Shown here: positions 30,421 to 39,109 of the stretch, one piece after another | How the letters are laid out: each line of letters begins with the position of its first letter | Position numbering within the stretch: position 1 is the stretch's first letter | The notes under the pieces: generated by a model | Databases searched by the model: none | What the model saw: the letters and a program-made list of their open reading frames with translations, nothing else | Told to the model about the DNA's origin: nothing | Position numbers and translations under genes: made by a program | NCBI RefSeq assembly: GCF_004340985.1 | Contig: NZ_SLYB01000002.1 | Coordinates: forward strand, 4,082 to 44,081 | Direction of reading: 5' to 3' | Length of the DNA stretch: 40,000 nucleotides | Source of the DNA: Cricetibacter osteomyelitidis | Lineage (GTDB): Bacteria > Pseudomonadota > Gammaproteobacteria > Enterobacterales > Pasteurellaceae

Positions 30421-30993
30421 ATGTTTAAATTACTGAAAACCGTCTTTAAAACAGGGGATGCCACGACGAAATATCCCTTCAAACCTTATGAAGTGGATCC
30501 TGATTTTCGCGGCAAACCGGAATTAAACGCCGATCAATGTATTGTGTGCGGTGCCTGCACTATCGCATGTCCCGCCAATGCCTTGACCATGAACACAAAT
30601 CCTGTCGAAAACAACCGCACTTGGTCGTTATTCTTAGGCCGCTGCATATTCTGCGGACGTTGCGAAGAAGTGTGCCCGACCAAAGCCATTCGGCTGACCC
30701 AGGATTTTGAATTATCGGTCAAAAACAAACAGGATTTATACCAAGAAACCACATTTAATACGGCTATTTGCCCGCAATGCGGCGAGTCCTTTATTTCTGA
30801 AAAAGAACTCAACTACACCATTGATTTATTAAAACAGCAAGGCTTAACGGAAGCACAACTGGCACAACAATTATTAGTATTACGCACTTGTCCGAACTGC
30901 AAACGACAAAACAGTTTGGAAAAAACCGCAGAAATGGATCAGCATATCGCAATCCCATTGGCACAATTTGATCATGTGCACGCAATGCGTTAA
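30421..30993 (+). CDS. hyfH: Hydrogenase-4 2x[4Fe-4S] ferredoxin subunit (HyfH/HycF, NuoI-like)
   Basis: The product contains [12 protein letters not shown] and [16 protein letters not shown] and is collinear with E. coli HycF/HyfH. Confidence 0.88.
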   Translation: MFKLLKTVFKTGDATTKYPFKPYEVDPDFRGKPELNADQCIVCGACTIACPANALTMNTNPVENNRTWSLFLGRCIFCGRCEEVCPTKAIRLTQDFELSVKNKQDLYQETTFNTAICPQCGESFISEKELNYTIDLLKQQGLTEAQLAQQLLVLRTCPNCKRQNSLEKTAEMDQHIAIPLAQFDHVHAMR

Positions 30994-31004
30994 GGAGAGA
31001 CAGG

Positions 31005-31781
31005 ATGAACACACAAATTCCTATGCCGGTAAACGGCATTTCAGCGCCATTCAGCATTGATGAAAACATTGCCAAAATGAAGCAGACATTGTTGAAAAAC
31101 ATCCAGCGTTCCGCCTATGTTTATCGGGTGGATTGCGGCGGTTGCAACGGTTGCGAAATCGAGATTTTCAGCACCATTACACCGACTTTCGATGCCGAAC
31201 GGTTTGGCATTAAAGTGGTGGCTTCACCACGGCATGCCGATATTTTGCTGTTCACCGGTGCGGTGACACGTGCCATGCGGACACCGGCAATGCGGGCATA
31301 TCAAGCGGCTCCCGATCCGAAAATCTGTATTTCTTATGGTGCTTGCGGTTGCGGCGGCGGTATATTCCACGATCTCTATTGCGTATGGGGCGGCAGCGAT
31401 CAAATTGTGCCCATTGATGTGTATATTCCCGGTTGCCCGCCGACACCAGCCGCCACTATTTATGGGTTTGCTATGGCATTGGGATTGTTAGATCAAAAAC
31501 TCAAAGGCAAACAAGAAATTGCCGATCCTAACGCAGCAGCAAAAGTACGATTCCCGACCATTCCTTATGATTTACGCATTACCCTTGAGCGGGAAGCCCG
31601 TCGCTTGGCGGGTTATCGTCAGGGCGGTGATATAGCCGATCATTTCATGGCAATGATGACGGAACAAAATAATGTGCCTTTCGGAGTACGTTTAGGGGAA
31701 TTTTTAGAACGGGAAGCGGATCCACGCTTAAGCGAAATCGTCAATCGTCTGCATGCTATTAGTATGCCGTTTTCCGGTTAA
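31005..31781 (+). CDS. hyfI: Hydrogenase-4 small subunit (HyfI/HycG, NuoB-like)
   Basis: The product contains [26 protein letters not shown] and IPGCPP, the cysteines that ligate the NuoB-type [4Fe-4S] cluster. Confidence 0.9.
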   Translation: MNTQIPMPVNGISAPFSIDENIAKMKQTLLKNIQRSAYVYRVDCGGCNGCEIEIFSTITPTFDAERFGIKVVASPRHADILLFTGAVTRAMRTPAMRAYQAAPDPKICISYGACGCGGGIFHDLYCVWGGSDQIVPIDVYIPGCPPTPAATIYGFAMALGLLDQKLKGKQEIADPNAAAKVRFPTIPYDLRITLEREARRLAGYRQGGDIADHFMAMMTEQNNVPFGVRLGEFLEREADPRLSEIVNRLHAISMPFSG

Positions 31782-31790
31782 GGCGATGTT

Positions 31791-32192
31791 ATGAAAGTGT
31801 ATTTTTATCTGTTAAACCAACGTTTTGTGGAAAACGACGGACAAGTACCGGATGCGGCTAAAGAAGTGATGTATTACTCTTTAGCCATCGGGCATCACGT
31901 CGGGGTGATTGATTGCTTTAAAAAATTGCTGATTTGTGATTATGACGATTATCAGCAATTTGTGAACAGTTTTCCTGAAGGGGAAGCCCGTCGCAAATTT
32001 GCCGGTTTAATGAAATTCGGTGAAATCGTCATCGACAGCAGCCATGTGAACTTATTGGCAAAAGCCTTAGATGAAAATAAAGCCCGTTTCAGTGCAACGC
32101 ATCAACAATGGGCAGAGATTTTAATGGGTACACTGGCTGCAATCCAGCAAGAACCGGTGATGTATATCATGGTGAAACGATGCGATGAATAA
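31791..32192 (+). CDS. hyfJ: Formate hydrogenlyase maturation protein (HyfJ/HycH family)
   Basis: The call rests on the 133 aa size and the position after the small subunit. I see HycH-like sequence (YYSLAIGHHVGVIDC) but cannot confirm it without a search. Confidence 0.7.
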   Translation: MKVYFYLLNQRFVENDGQVPDAAKEVMYYSLAIGHHVGVIDCFKKLLICDYDDYQQFVNSFPEGEARRKFAGLMKFGEIVIDSSHVNLLAKALDENKARFSATHQQWAEILMGTLAAIQQEPVMYIMVKRCDE

Positions 32193-32643
32193 AGAAAATT
32201 TACTACTTACCGTAGGCAATTCATTAATGGGTGATGATGCCGCAGGCCCTTATCTGTATCGACTGATGAATGAAAATCCATTGGAAAATTGGACCGCACT
32301 TGACGGCGGTTCCGCGCCGGAAAATCACGCCCATACCGTGCGGGCGATGAAACCGAAAAACCTGATAATTGTCGATGCCAGCGATATGAATCTGGAACCG
32401 GGAGAAATCCGTATTATCGACAAGGACCTAATCGCCGAAATGTTCTTTATGAGCACACATAATATGCCACTCAATTTCTTAATTGAGCAGTTGGAAGCAG
32501 ATATTCCGAATATTGTGTTTATCGGTATTCAGCCGGATTTAGTGTCTTTCGGTTTTCCGCTCACAGAGAAAGTCAAAAGTGCGGTTAATTTTCTGTATGA
32601 TTTAATAAAAAACAATGCCTTAGATCGCATTGAAGCGTTATAA
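32185..32643 (+). CDS. hycI: Hydrogenase 3/4 large-subunit C-terminal maturation endopeptidase
   Basis: The 152 aa product begins LLLTVGNSLMGDDAAGPYL and contains IIVDASDM, the HycI/HybD-type protease motifs. It overlaps the hyfJ stop by 8 nt. Confidence 0.85.
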   Translation: MNKENLLLTVGNSLMGDDAAGPYLYRLMNENPLENWTALDGGSAPENHAHTVRAMKPKNLIIVDASDMNLEPGEIRIIDKDLIAEMFFMSTHNMPLNFLIEQLEADIPNIVFIGIQPDLVSFGFPLTEKVKSAVNFLYDLIKNNALDRIEAL

Positions 32644-32777
32644 CACAACGCAAAAAGAATTTGATGAAAAGTGGTTTTAAATCAATAAATCCCTATTTTT
32701 TGTGGGTGAATATGCCGAATTTAGGCATATGATAACAATAGGATTTTATTTTTACATAAACAAAAAGGACGTGCATT

Positions 32778-34931
32778 ATGAAAAAAGTAATAACTGTCTG
32801 TCCGTATTGCGCTTCGGGTTGTAAGATCAATTTATTGGTCGAAAACAACAAAATTGTGGGTGCCGAAGGTGCAAACGGCAAAACCAATGAGGGAGAACTC
32901 TGCCTCAAAGGTTATTACGGTTGGGATTTCGTTCACGATACAAAAATCCTGACTCCTCGTTTAACGCAACCGATGATTCGCTACAAACGCGGTGAAGCCT
33001 TTACACCGGTCAGTTGGGACGAAGCGATTTCTTATACGGCAAAACGCCTGAGTGAAATCAAAGAAAAGTATGGCAACGAAAGTATTATGGTGACCGGTTC
33101 ATCCCGCGGGCCGGGCAATGAAGTGAACTATGTCATGCAAAAATTTGCCCGTGCGGTATTAAGAAATAACAACGTTGACTGTTGTGCGCGCGTTTGACAC
33201 GGCCCTTCTGTAACAGGTCTGCTCAAATCGGTCGGAAACGGCGCAATGTCCAACTCAATCGTTGAAATTGAAGATACCAAATGTGTCTTTATCTTTGGTT
33301 ATAACGCCTCAACATCACACCCTATTGTGGCTCGTCGTATTAATCACGCCAAAGCCAAAGGGGCAAAAATCATTGTTTGCGATCCGCGTAAAATCGAAAC
33401 TGCCCGTTTGGCAGATATTTACGCACCATTGGCAAACGGCAGTAACGTGGCATTCTTAAATGCTATGATGAACGTGATTTTGGAAGAAGGCTTGCAAGAT
33501 CAAAAATTCATTGACGAACATACGGAAAATTTTGATGCATTCCGTGAAATCGTCAGTGCTTACACACCGGAATCCACTCAGCATATTACCGGTATCGAAC
33601 CGCAAATGTTGCGTGAAATCGCCCGCACTTATGCTAAAGCGGAAACCGCCACTATCTTGTGGGGTATGGGGGTCTGCCAATTCAAACAAGGGGTGGAAAC
33701 CGTGCGTGCCTTGGCAAGTTTGGCAATGCTAACGGGTAATCTCGGCAAACCGAATGTGGGTGTGAACCCTGTGCGTGGTCAAAATAACGTACAAGGGGCT
33801 TGCGATATGGGAGCGTTATTTAACACCTTGCCGGGCTATCAAAGTTTTAAAGACCCTGAAACCAATGCGAAATTCGCCAAAGCCTGGGGAATTCCGGAAT
33901 TAAATCCGAATCCGGGCATACCGCTTAGTGAAGTGCCGGAAGCCATTATGGAAGATAAAATCAAAGCCTTCTATATTATGGGTGAAGATACTCTGCAAAC
34001 GGAACCGGATATCAATGCGGTGAAAGAAGCCTTTAAGAAAGTGGAATTCTTAGTGGTGCAAGACATCTTTATGACACAAACCGCCGCCGAAGCGGACGTG
34101 TTATTGCCAGCCACATCCTGTGCGGAACACGAAGGCGTGTACAGTGCCGCCGACCGAGGTTTCCAACGTTTCTATAAAGCCGTTGAACCGACCGGTGATG
34201 TGAAAGATGACTGGGTCATTATCAGCGAAATCGCTACCGCGATGGGTTACCCGATGCACTACAACAACACCAAAGAAATTTGGGACGAACTGCGCGGACT
34301 TTGCCCTATTTACAAAGGTGCAACCTACGAAAAAATGGAAGGCTTGGGCTACATTCAATGGCCTTGTACTGACGAAAGTCCTGAAGATCAAGGTACGCAA
34401 TGGCTGTATAAAGACCAAATCTTTGATCGCCCGAACGGCAAAGCGGAATTTTTCGCTTGCGACTGGGAACCGCCGATGGAATCTGTCAGCGAAGAATTCC
34501 CATTGGTGCTTTCCACCGTACGGGAAGTGGGACATTATTCCTGCCGTTCAATGACCGGTAACTGCCGAGCCTTGGCCGCTCTCGCAGACGAACCGGGATT
34601 TGTACAAATGAATGACCAAGATGCGAAAGCACTAGGCATTAAGAATAATGATTTGGTATGGATTTCATCATCCCGCGGCAAAGTCATCAGTCGTGCTGAT
34701 GTGAGCACCCGAACTAACCGCGGAGCTTGTTACATGACCTACCAATGGTGGATCGGAAAATGTAACGAACTCACCGCCGAACATTTGAATCCGGGTTCAA
34801 GAACACCGGAATACAAATACAGTGCGGTACGCATCGATAAAATCGACGATCAAAATTGGGCGGAACACTATGTTGTCACCGAATACACCAATTTGAAAAA
34901 TCATTTAAAACAAACCGCACTTGTGGCGTAA
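32778..34931 (+). CDS. fdhF: Formate dehydrogenase H, selenocysteine-containing molybdopterin subunit. It is a single gene; the in-frame TGA at 33195-33197 is decoded as Sec.
   Basis: Track ORFs 32778-33197 and 33246-34931 are in the same frame (468 nt offset). The joined product is 717 aa and collinear with E. coli FdhF (715 aa). The local context NNVDCCARV-U-HGPSVTGL matches E. coli NNVDCCARVUHGPSVAGL. Confidence 0.93.
33198..33236 (+). promoter_or_regulatory. SECIS element directing Sec insertion at the fdhF UGA
   Basis: The GGUC apical loop (33216-33219) lies at the same codon distance from the UGA as in E. coli fdhF. The bulged U (33211) is conserved, as is the lower stem CGGCC/GGUCG (33200-33204 with 33230-33234). 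The upper stem has one A.C mismatch relative to E. coli. Confidence 0.7.
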
Positions 34932-34941
34932 ATATAAGCAT

Positions 34942-34968
34942 AAAGGGGCGATATAATGTCGCCCCTTT
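34942..34968. terminator. GC-rich hairpin between the convergent fdhF and hypA genes (bidirectional terminator candidate)
   Basis: AAAGGGGCGA - TATAATG - TCGCCCCTTT forms a perfect 10 bp stem. The flanking T-runs are short. Confidence 0.5.
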
Positions 34969-34972
34969 CGTA

Positions 34973-35314
34973 TCACTTCACCGCCATTTCCCGAATCCGC
35001 AATTCATCGCCGCTTTGACGTTGTAAATGCGGGCTTTGGCAAATGGGGCAACAATCGTGATGAGCTTGAATTTCCACCATTTTTTTACAATGCCAGCACC
35101 AGGCTTGGGCAGCAATAGGGATTAAGTGCAATTTGCAGCCTTCCGCCACAGTGTCTTTGCAACTTATTTCAAAACAAAATTCCAAAGCACTGGATTCGAC
35201 ACAAGATAATGCCCCAATTTCCACCCACAAGTCCGTCACTTGTTTGACATTGTGATCGCGGCATTGCTGTTCGATGATTTCCATCATATTTTGACAAAGC
35301 GATAATTCGTGCAT
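34973..35314 (-). CDS. hypA: Hydrogenase nickel-insertion protein HypA
   Basis: The 113 aa product begins MHELSLCQNMMEIIEQQ and has the zinc site CWHC...CPIC. Confidence 0.9.
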   Translation of the reverse strand: MHELSLCQNMMEIIEQQCRDHNVKQVTDLWVEIGALSCVESSALEFCFEISCKDTVAEGCKLHLIPIAAQAWCWHCKKMVEIQAHHDCCPICQSPHLQRQSGDELRIREMAVK

Positions 35315-35373
35315 AGCTATCCTTAAATCCCGCTAACTCGTTAGAAGTATAATATTGTTTTCATTTTATTTTT

Positions 35374-35387
35374 GTGATCTCCATCAA
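35374..35387. promoter_or_regulatory. FNR-like box in the divergent hypA / hypB promoter region
   Basis: GTGAT-CTCC-ATCAA matches TTGAT-N4-ATCAA at 9 of 10 positions. Its centre is 41.5 nt from the transcription start predicted by the minus-strand -10 TATACT (35351-35346). It is about 42.5 nt from the start predicted by the plus-strand TATGCT (35411-35416). Confidence 0.4.
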
Positions 35388-35451
35388 CTTTAAAAAATAT
35401 AATTATGTTATGCTTATTTCATTAAACGACCGAACAAATCGGAGATATATT

Positions 35452-36255
35452 ATGTGTTCAACCTGTGGTTGCGGACACCCGGATCAAGTCCGCATCGGCG
35501 AATTACCCCATACTCACGCATCGGAACAAAAAAGTGCGGTGAAAAAAACAGATTTTTCGCATTTTACCTTTCATGTCGCTCAAACCAATCCTGATGAAGC
35601 CCAAGCAATGCAGACTCGTTTGCTTAAAGTGGAACAAGATGTACTCGGCAAAAACAATAAAATCGCCGAAAACAACCGTACTTTTTTCCATAAGCAGCAA
35701 ATTTCAGTCTTCAATCTGGTTTCCAGCCCCGGATCCGGCAAAACCACGTTATTAACCACCACACTTAACGCCTTGAAAAATCAGCGTAATTGTTATGTTA
35801 TTGAAGGCGATCAACAAACAGAAAACGATGCGGATCGCATTCGAGCTACCGGCATACCCGCTATTCAGGTGAATACGGGCAAAGGCTGTCATTTAGATGC
35901 GCAGATGATCAGCGAAGCCATTGTAAAATTACAACCTGTTGAAAACAGCCTGCTATTTATCGAAAACGTAGGAAATTTGGTGTGTCCGTCAGAGTTTGAT
36001 CTCGGCGAAAAAGCCAAAGTGGTGATTTTATCCGTGACCGAAGGGGAAGATAAACCCTTGAAATATCCCCATATGTTTGCCGCATCGAAACTGATGATTT
36101 TAAACAAAACGGATCTATTGCCTTATTTACAATTTGATGTGGAAAAATGCTTGGCTTATGCCAAACAAGTAAACCCTGAGATTGAAATTATCCAACTGTC
36201 CGCCACCACCGGTGAAGGTTTGGAACGCTGGTTAAATTGGTTGCAAAAGGATTAA
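35452..36255 (+). CDS. hypB: Hydrogenase nickel-incorporation GTPase HypB
   Basis: I re-set the start to the ATG at 35452 (SD GGAG), giving MCSTCGCG..., the canonical high-affinity Ni site CxxCGC at the N-terminus. The P-loop is [11 protein letters not shown]. From [12 protein letters not shown] onward the product is collinear with E. coli HypB. Confidence 0.92.
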   Translation: MCSTCGCGHPDQVRIGELPHTHASEQKSAVKKTDFSHFTFHVAQTNPDEAQAMQTRLLKVEQDVLGKNNKIAENNRTFFHKQQISVFNLVSSPGSGKTTLLTTTLNALKNQRNCYVIEGDQQTENDADRIRATGIPAIQVNTGKGCHLDAQMISEAIVKLQPVENSLLFIENVGNLVCPSEFDLGEKAKVVILSVTEGEDKPLKYPHMFAASKLMILNKTDLLPYLQFDVEKCLAYAKQVNPEIEIIQLSATTGEGLERWLNWLQKD

Positions 36256-36258
36256 TTT

Positions 36259-37371
36259 ATGCAATTTGTGGATGAATTCCGCGATCCGAAGCTGGCTAAG
36301 GATTTAGTAGCAAAATTGCAAAATCTCATGCAAAAACTACCGCACTTTAATAAGCAAAATCCTTTGTATTTAATGGAAGTGTGCGGCGGACATACGCATA
36401 CCATTTTTAAATTCGGTTTAGACCGCATTTTGCCGGAAAGTATTGAATTTATTCACGGCCCCGGTTGTCCTGTGTGTGTATTACCCATGGGACGGATTGA
36501 TGTATGCATTGAAATTGCGGAAAAATCTGATGTAATTTTCTGTACATTCGGTGATGCCATGCGGGTGAAAGGTCGCAAAGGGTCATTATTGGAAGCCAAA
36601 GCTCGCGGGGCGGATGTGCGGATTGTTTATTCGCCGTTAGATGCTTTGAACATTGCGGTGAATAATCCCCATAAAAAAGTGGTATTTTTCTCGCTCGGTT
36701 TTGAAACCACCATGCCCAGTGCGGCGGTAACTATTCAACAAGCAGAAAAACAGCAAATAAAAAACTTTTGGATCGTATGCCAAAATATCACCATTATCCC
36801 GACACTTCGCAGCTTATTATCGCAAGATCAAATCAAAATCGACGGATTTATCGCACCGGGACATGTCAGCATGGTGATCGGATCCGATCCTTATCAAGAC
36901 CTGTGCGAAAAGTTCCACAAACCCTTTGTGATCACCGGATTTGAACCATTGGATATTCTGCAATCCATCGTAATGCTGGTGCAGCAATTTGTGGACGGTC
37001 GATGCGAAATCGAAAATCAATATAAACGCATTGTACACAGCCACGGCAACCAACTGGCTCAACAAGTCATGCAAGCCGTATTTCAACTAAAATCCAGCAG
37101 CGAATGGCGGGGCTTGGGCGAAATTGCAGAATCCGGCGTGGAACTCACACCGGCATATCGCCGTTTTGATGCGGAAACCTATTTCAACAGCCAACCGCAG
37201 CAAGTGGCGGACGACCCCAATTCCCGTTGCGGCGATGTACTCACAGGCAAATGCAAACCGGCAGATTGCCCGCTGTTTGCCGCACAATGTAATCCCGATA
37301 ATGCTTACGGTGCATTAATGGTATCATCCGAAGGGGCTTGTGCCGCCTACTATCAATACAGACGAGAATAG
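36259..37371 (+). CDS. hypD: Hydrogenase maturation protein HypD
   Basis: The 370 aa product contains MEVCGGHTH, FIHGPGCPVCVLPMGRID and the C-terminal CKPADCPLF. It is collinear with E. coli HypD. Confidence 0.93.
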   Translation: MQFVDEFRDPKLAKDLVAKLQNLMQKLPHFNKQNPLYLMEVCGGHTHTIFKFGLDRILPESIEFIHGPGCPVCVLPMGRIDVCIEIAEKSDVIFCTFGDAMRVKGRKGSLLEAKARGADVRIVYSPLDALNIAVNNPHKKVVFFSLGFETTMPSAAVTIQQAEKQQIKNFWIVCQNITIIPTLRSLLSQDQIKIDGFIAPGHVSMVIGSDPYQDLCEKFHKPFVITGFEPLDILQSIVMLVQQFVDGRCEIENQYKRIVHSHGNQLAQQVMQAVFQLKSSSEWRGLGEIAESGVELTPAYRRFDAETYFNSQPQQVADDPNSRCGDVLTGKCKPADCPLFAAQCNPDNAYGALMVSSEGACAAYYQYRRE

Positions 37372-37380
37372 GATTTCATT

Positions 37381-38394
37381 ATGACCGATTTTATCACCAT
37401 GGCTCACGGCAACGGTGGTGCAGCAATGCAGCAGCTGATCAGCGATTATTTCGTACAGGCCTTTGCCAACCCGATTTTGACTCAAGGCGAAGACCAAGCC
37501 CGCTTGAGTTTGGCTGAATTAAGCTCGCAAGGCAATCAGCTTGCTTTCAGCACGGATAGCTTTGTGATTGATCCGATTTTCTTTCCCGGCGGCGATATCG
37601 GCAAACTGGCAGTATGCGGCACGGCTAATGATATTGCAGTATGCGGTGCCATACCAAAATATCTTTCCTGTGGTTTTATTTTGGAAGAAGGCTTGCCGCT
37701 CGATACGCTGAAACAAATTATTCAATCCATAGCAAAAACCTGTGCCGAACACGGGATTCAAGTGGTCACCGGCGATACCAAAGTGGTGCAGAAAAGCGCT
37801 GTAGATAAGATTTTTATCAACACATCAGGCATTGGCGTGATTCCGGTTCAACTGGACTGGGGAACCCATCGAATCGAAGCGGGCGACAGCATTATTGTGA
37901 GCGGCACACTGGGCGATCATGGTGCGACAATTTTAAATTTACGGGAAAATCTCGGTATTCAGACCGCACTTGAAAGCGACTGTACAGTGCTTTCCCCATT
38001 GATTGATAGATTACGTGCCATCGACGGCGTGAAAGCTATTCGTGATGCCACTCGCGGTGGCGTGAATGCCGTATTGCACGAGTTCGCTCAGTCTCGTCAG
38101 CTCGGTATGCAGATTCAAGAAGAGTTATTGCCACTGCGTCAAGAAGTCCGCGGCATTTGTGAATTACTCGGTTTAGATCCGCTGAATTTTGCTAATGAAG
38201 GTAAATTAGTGATTATCGCCAAACCCGAAAAAACAACGGAAATTCTCACCGCACTTCACTCTCACCAACTAGGCAAAAATGCCGCCGTTATCGGTGAAGT
38301 CACCACCGATAAAAAAGTCCGTCTAATAGGCATTTTCGGTCAAAGCCGCTTATTGGATTTACCGACGAATGATCCATTGCCGAGAATTTGTTAG
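37381..38394 (+). CDS. hypE: Hydrogenase maturation carbamoyl dehydratase HypE
   Basis: The 337 aa product has an AIR-synthase-like fold and ends in PRIC, the invariant HypE C-terminal motif. Confidence 0.93.
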   Translation: MTDFITMAHGNGGAAMQQLISDYFVQAFANPILTQGEDQARLSLAELSSQGNQLAFSTDSFVIDPIFFPGGDIGKLAVCGTANDIAVCGAIPKYLSCGFILEEGLPLDTLKQIIQSIAKTCAEHGIQVVTGDTKVVQKSAVDKIFINTSGIGVIPVQLDWGTHRIEAGDSIIVSGTLGDHGATILNLRENLGIQTALESDCTVLSPLIDRLRAIDGVKAIRDATRGGVNAVLHEFAQSRQLGMQIQEELLPLRQEVRGICELLGLDPLNFANEGKLVIIAKPEKTTEILTALHSHQLGKNAAVIGEVTTDKKVRLIGIFGQSRLLDLPTNDPLPRIC

Positions 38395-38397
38395 TTT

Positions 38398-39012
38398 TCA
38401 CTCAGGTGAGTTATTCCGATACAATCCATAACTCACCATTCCCGTAGTTTTCTCTTTAAGCTGCTGCCAATGAGCAGGGATATTCAGTGACTGGTCTTTT
38501 TCAGTTTCGATGTAAATCAACGCATCCGCCTGCAGCCAGTTATTTTGCACTAATAAATCAACGGATTGTTGTGCCAAGCCGAAATGAAAGGGCGGATCGA
38601 GAAACACTATGTCAAAGTGCGGTTGGTTTTGCGGCTGTTTTAGAAATTCCAAACTATTTTGATTGATCACTTTCGCCTGATTTTCACCGCACTTTAAAAT
38701 TTGCAGATTTTTATTTAGCTGACCGGCGACCGTTTTATCTAATTCCAGAAACGTCACCTGTTTGGCCTGGCGGGAAAGTGCTTCCAAACCCAACGAACCG
38801 CTGCCGGCAAAGCAATCCAAACAACAGGCATCCGCAATATATGGCATCAGCCAATTAAACAGCGTTTCTTTCACACGATCACCGGTGGGGCGTAGCCCTT
38901 GCGAAGTTAACACGGGCAGTTTTCGCCCTCTCCATAGCCCGGCAATGATACGCACTTCGCCTTTTGTTTGTTGGGTTTGCGGGGATTTTTTGTTTGATCT
39001 GACGGTTTTCAT
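38398..39012 (-). CDS. rsmD: 16S rRNA (guanine966-N2)-methyltransferase RsmD
   Basis: The product contains VRIIAGLWRGRKLPV, LDCFAGSGSLGLEALSR and FLDPPF. It is collinear with E. coli RsmD and divergent from ftsY, as in E. coli. Confidence 0.9.
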   Translation of the reverse strand: MKTVRSNKKSPQTQQTKGEVRIIAGLWRGRKLPVLTSQGLRPTGDRVKETLFNWLMPYIADACCLDCFAGSGSLGLEALSRQAKQVTFLELDKTVAGQLNKNLQILKCGENQAKVINQNSLEFLKQPQNQPHFDIVFLDPPFHFGLAQQSVDLLVQNNWLQADALIYIETEKDQSLNIPAHWQQLKEKTTGMVSYGLYRNNSPE

Positions 39013-39109
39013 AAAAAATTATTATTTAACGATAAATCTGCAACTATTTTATGCTATTTTCAGGTAAAATAGTCGAATTTTATAATATTTTAATATTGAG
39101 AAACACTTT

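Noticed and set aside
33198-33245. The gap between the two fdhF ORFs, read as intergenic DNA or as evidence of an fdhF pseudogene
   Set aside because: The two ORFs share a frame. There is a single TGA at the canonical Sec position, and a SECIS-like hairpin follows it. This is a selenoprotein gene, not a disrupted one.
34101-34535. 144 aa minus-strand ORF and 115 aa plus-strand out-of-frame ORF within fdhF
   Set aside because: They are embedded in a gene collinear with E. coli FdhF over its full length. There is no independent support for them.
38392-38400. Convergent hypE and rsmD stops only 3 nt apart with no terminator
   Set aside because: It is real in the sequence, but tight convergent junctions are common in compact genomes. 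There is no additional structure to interpret.
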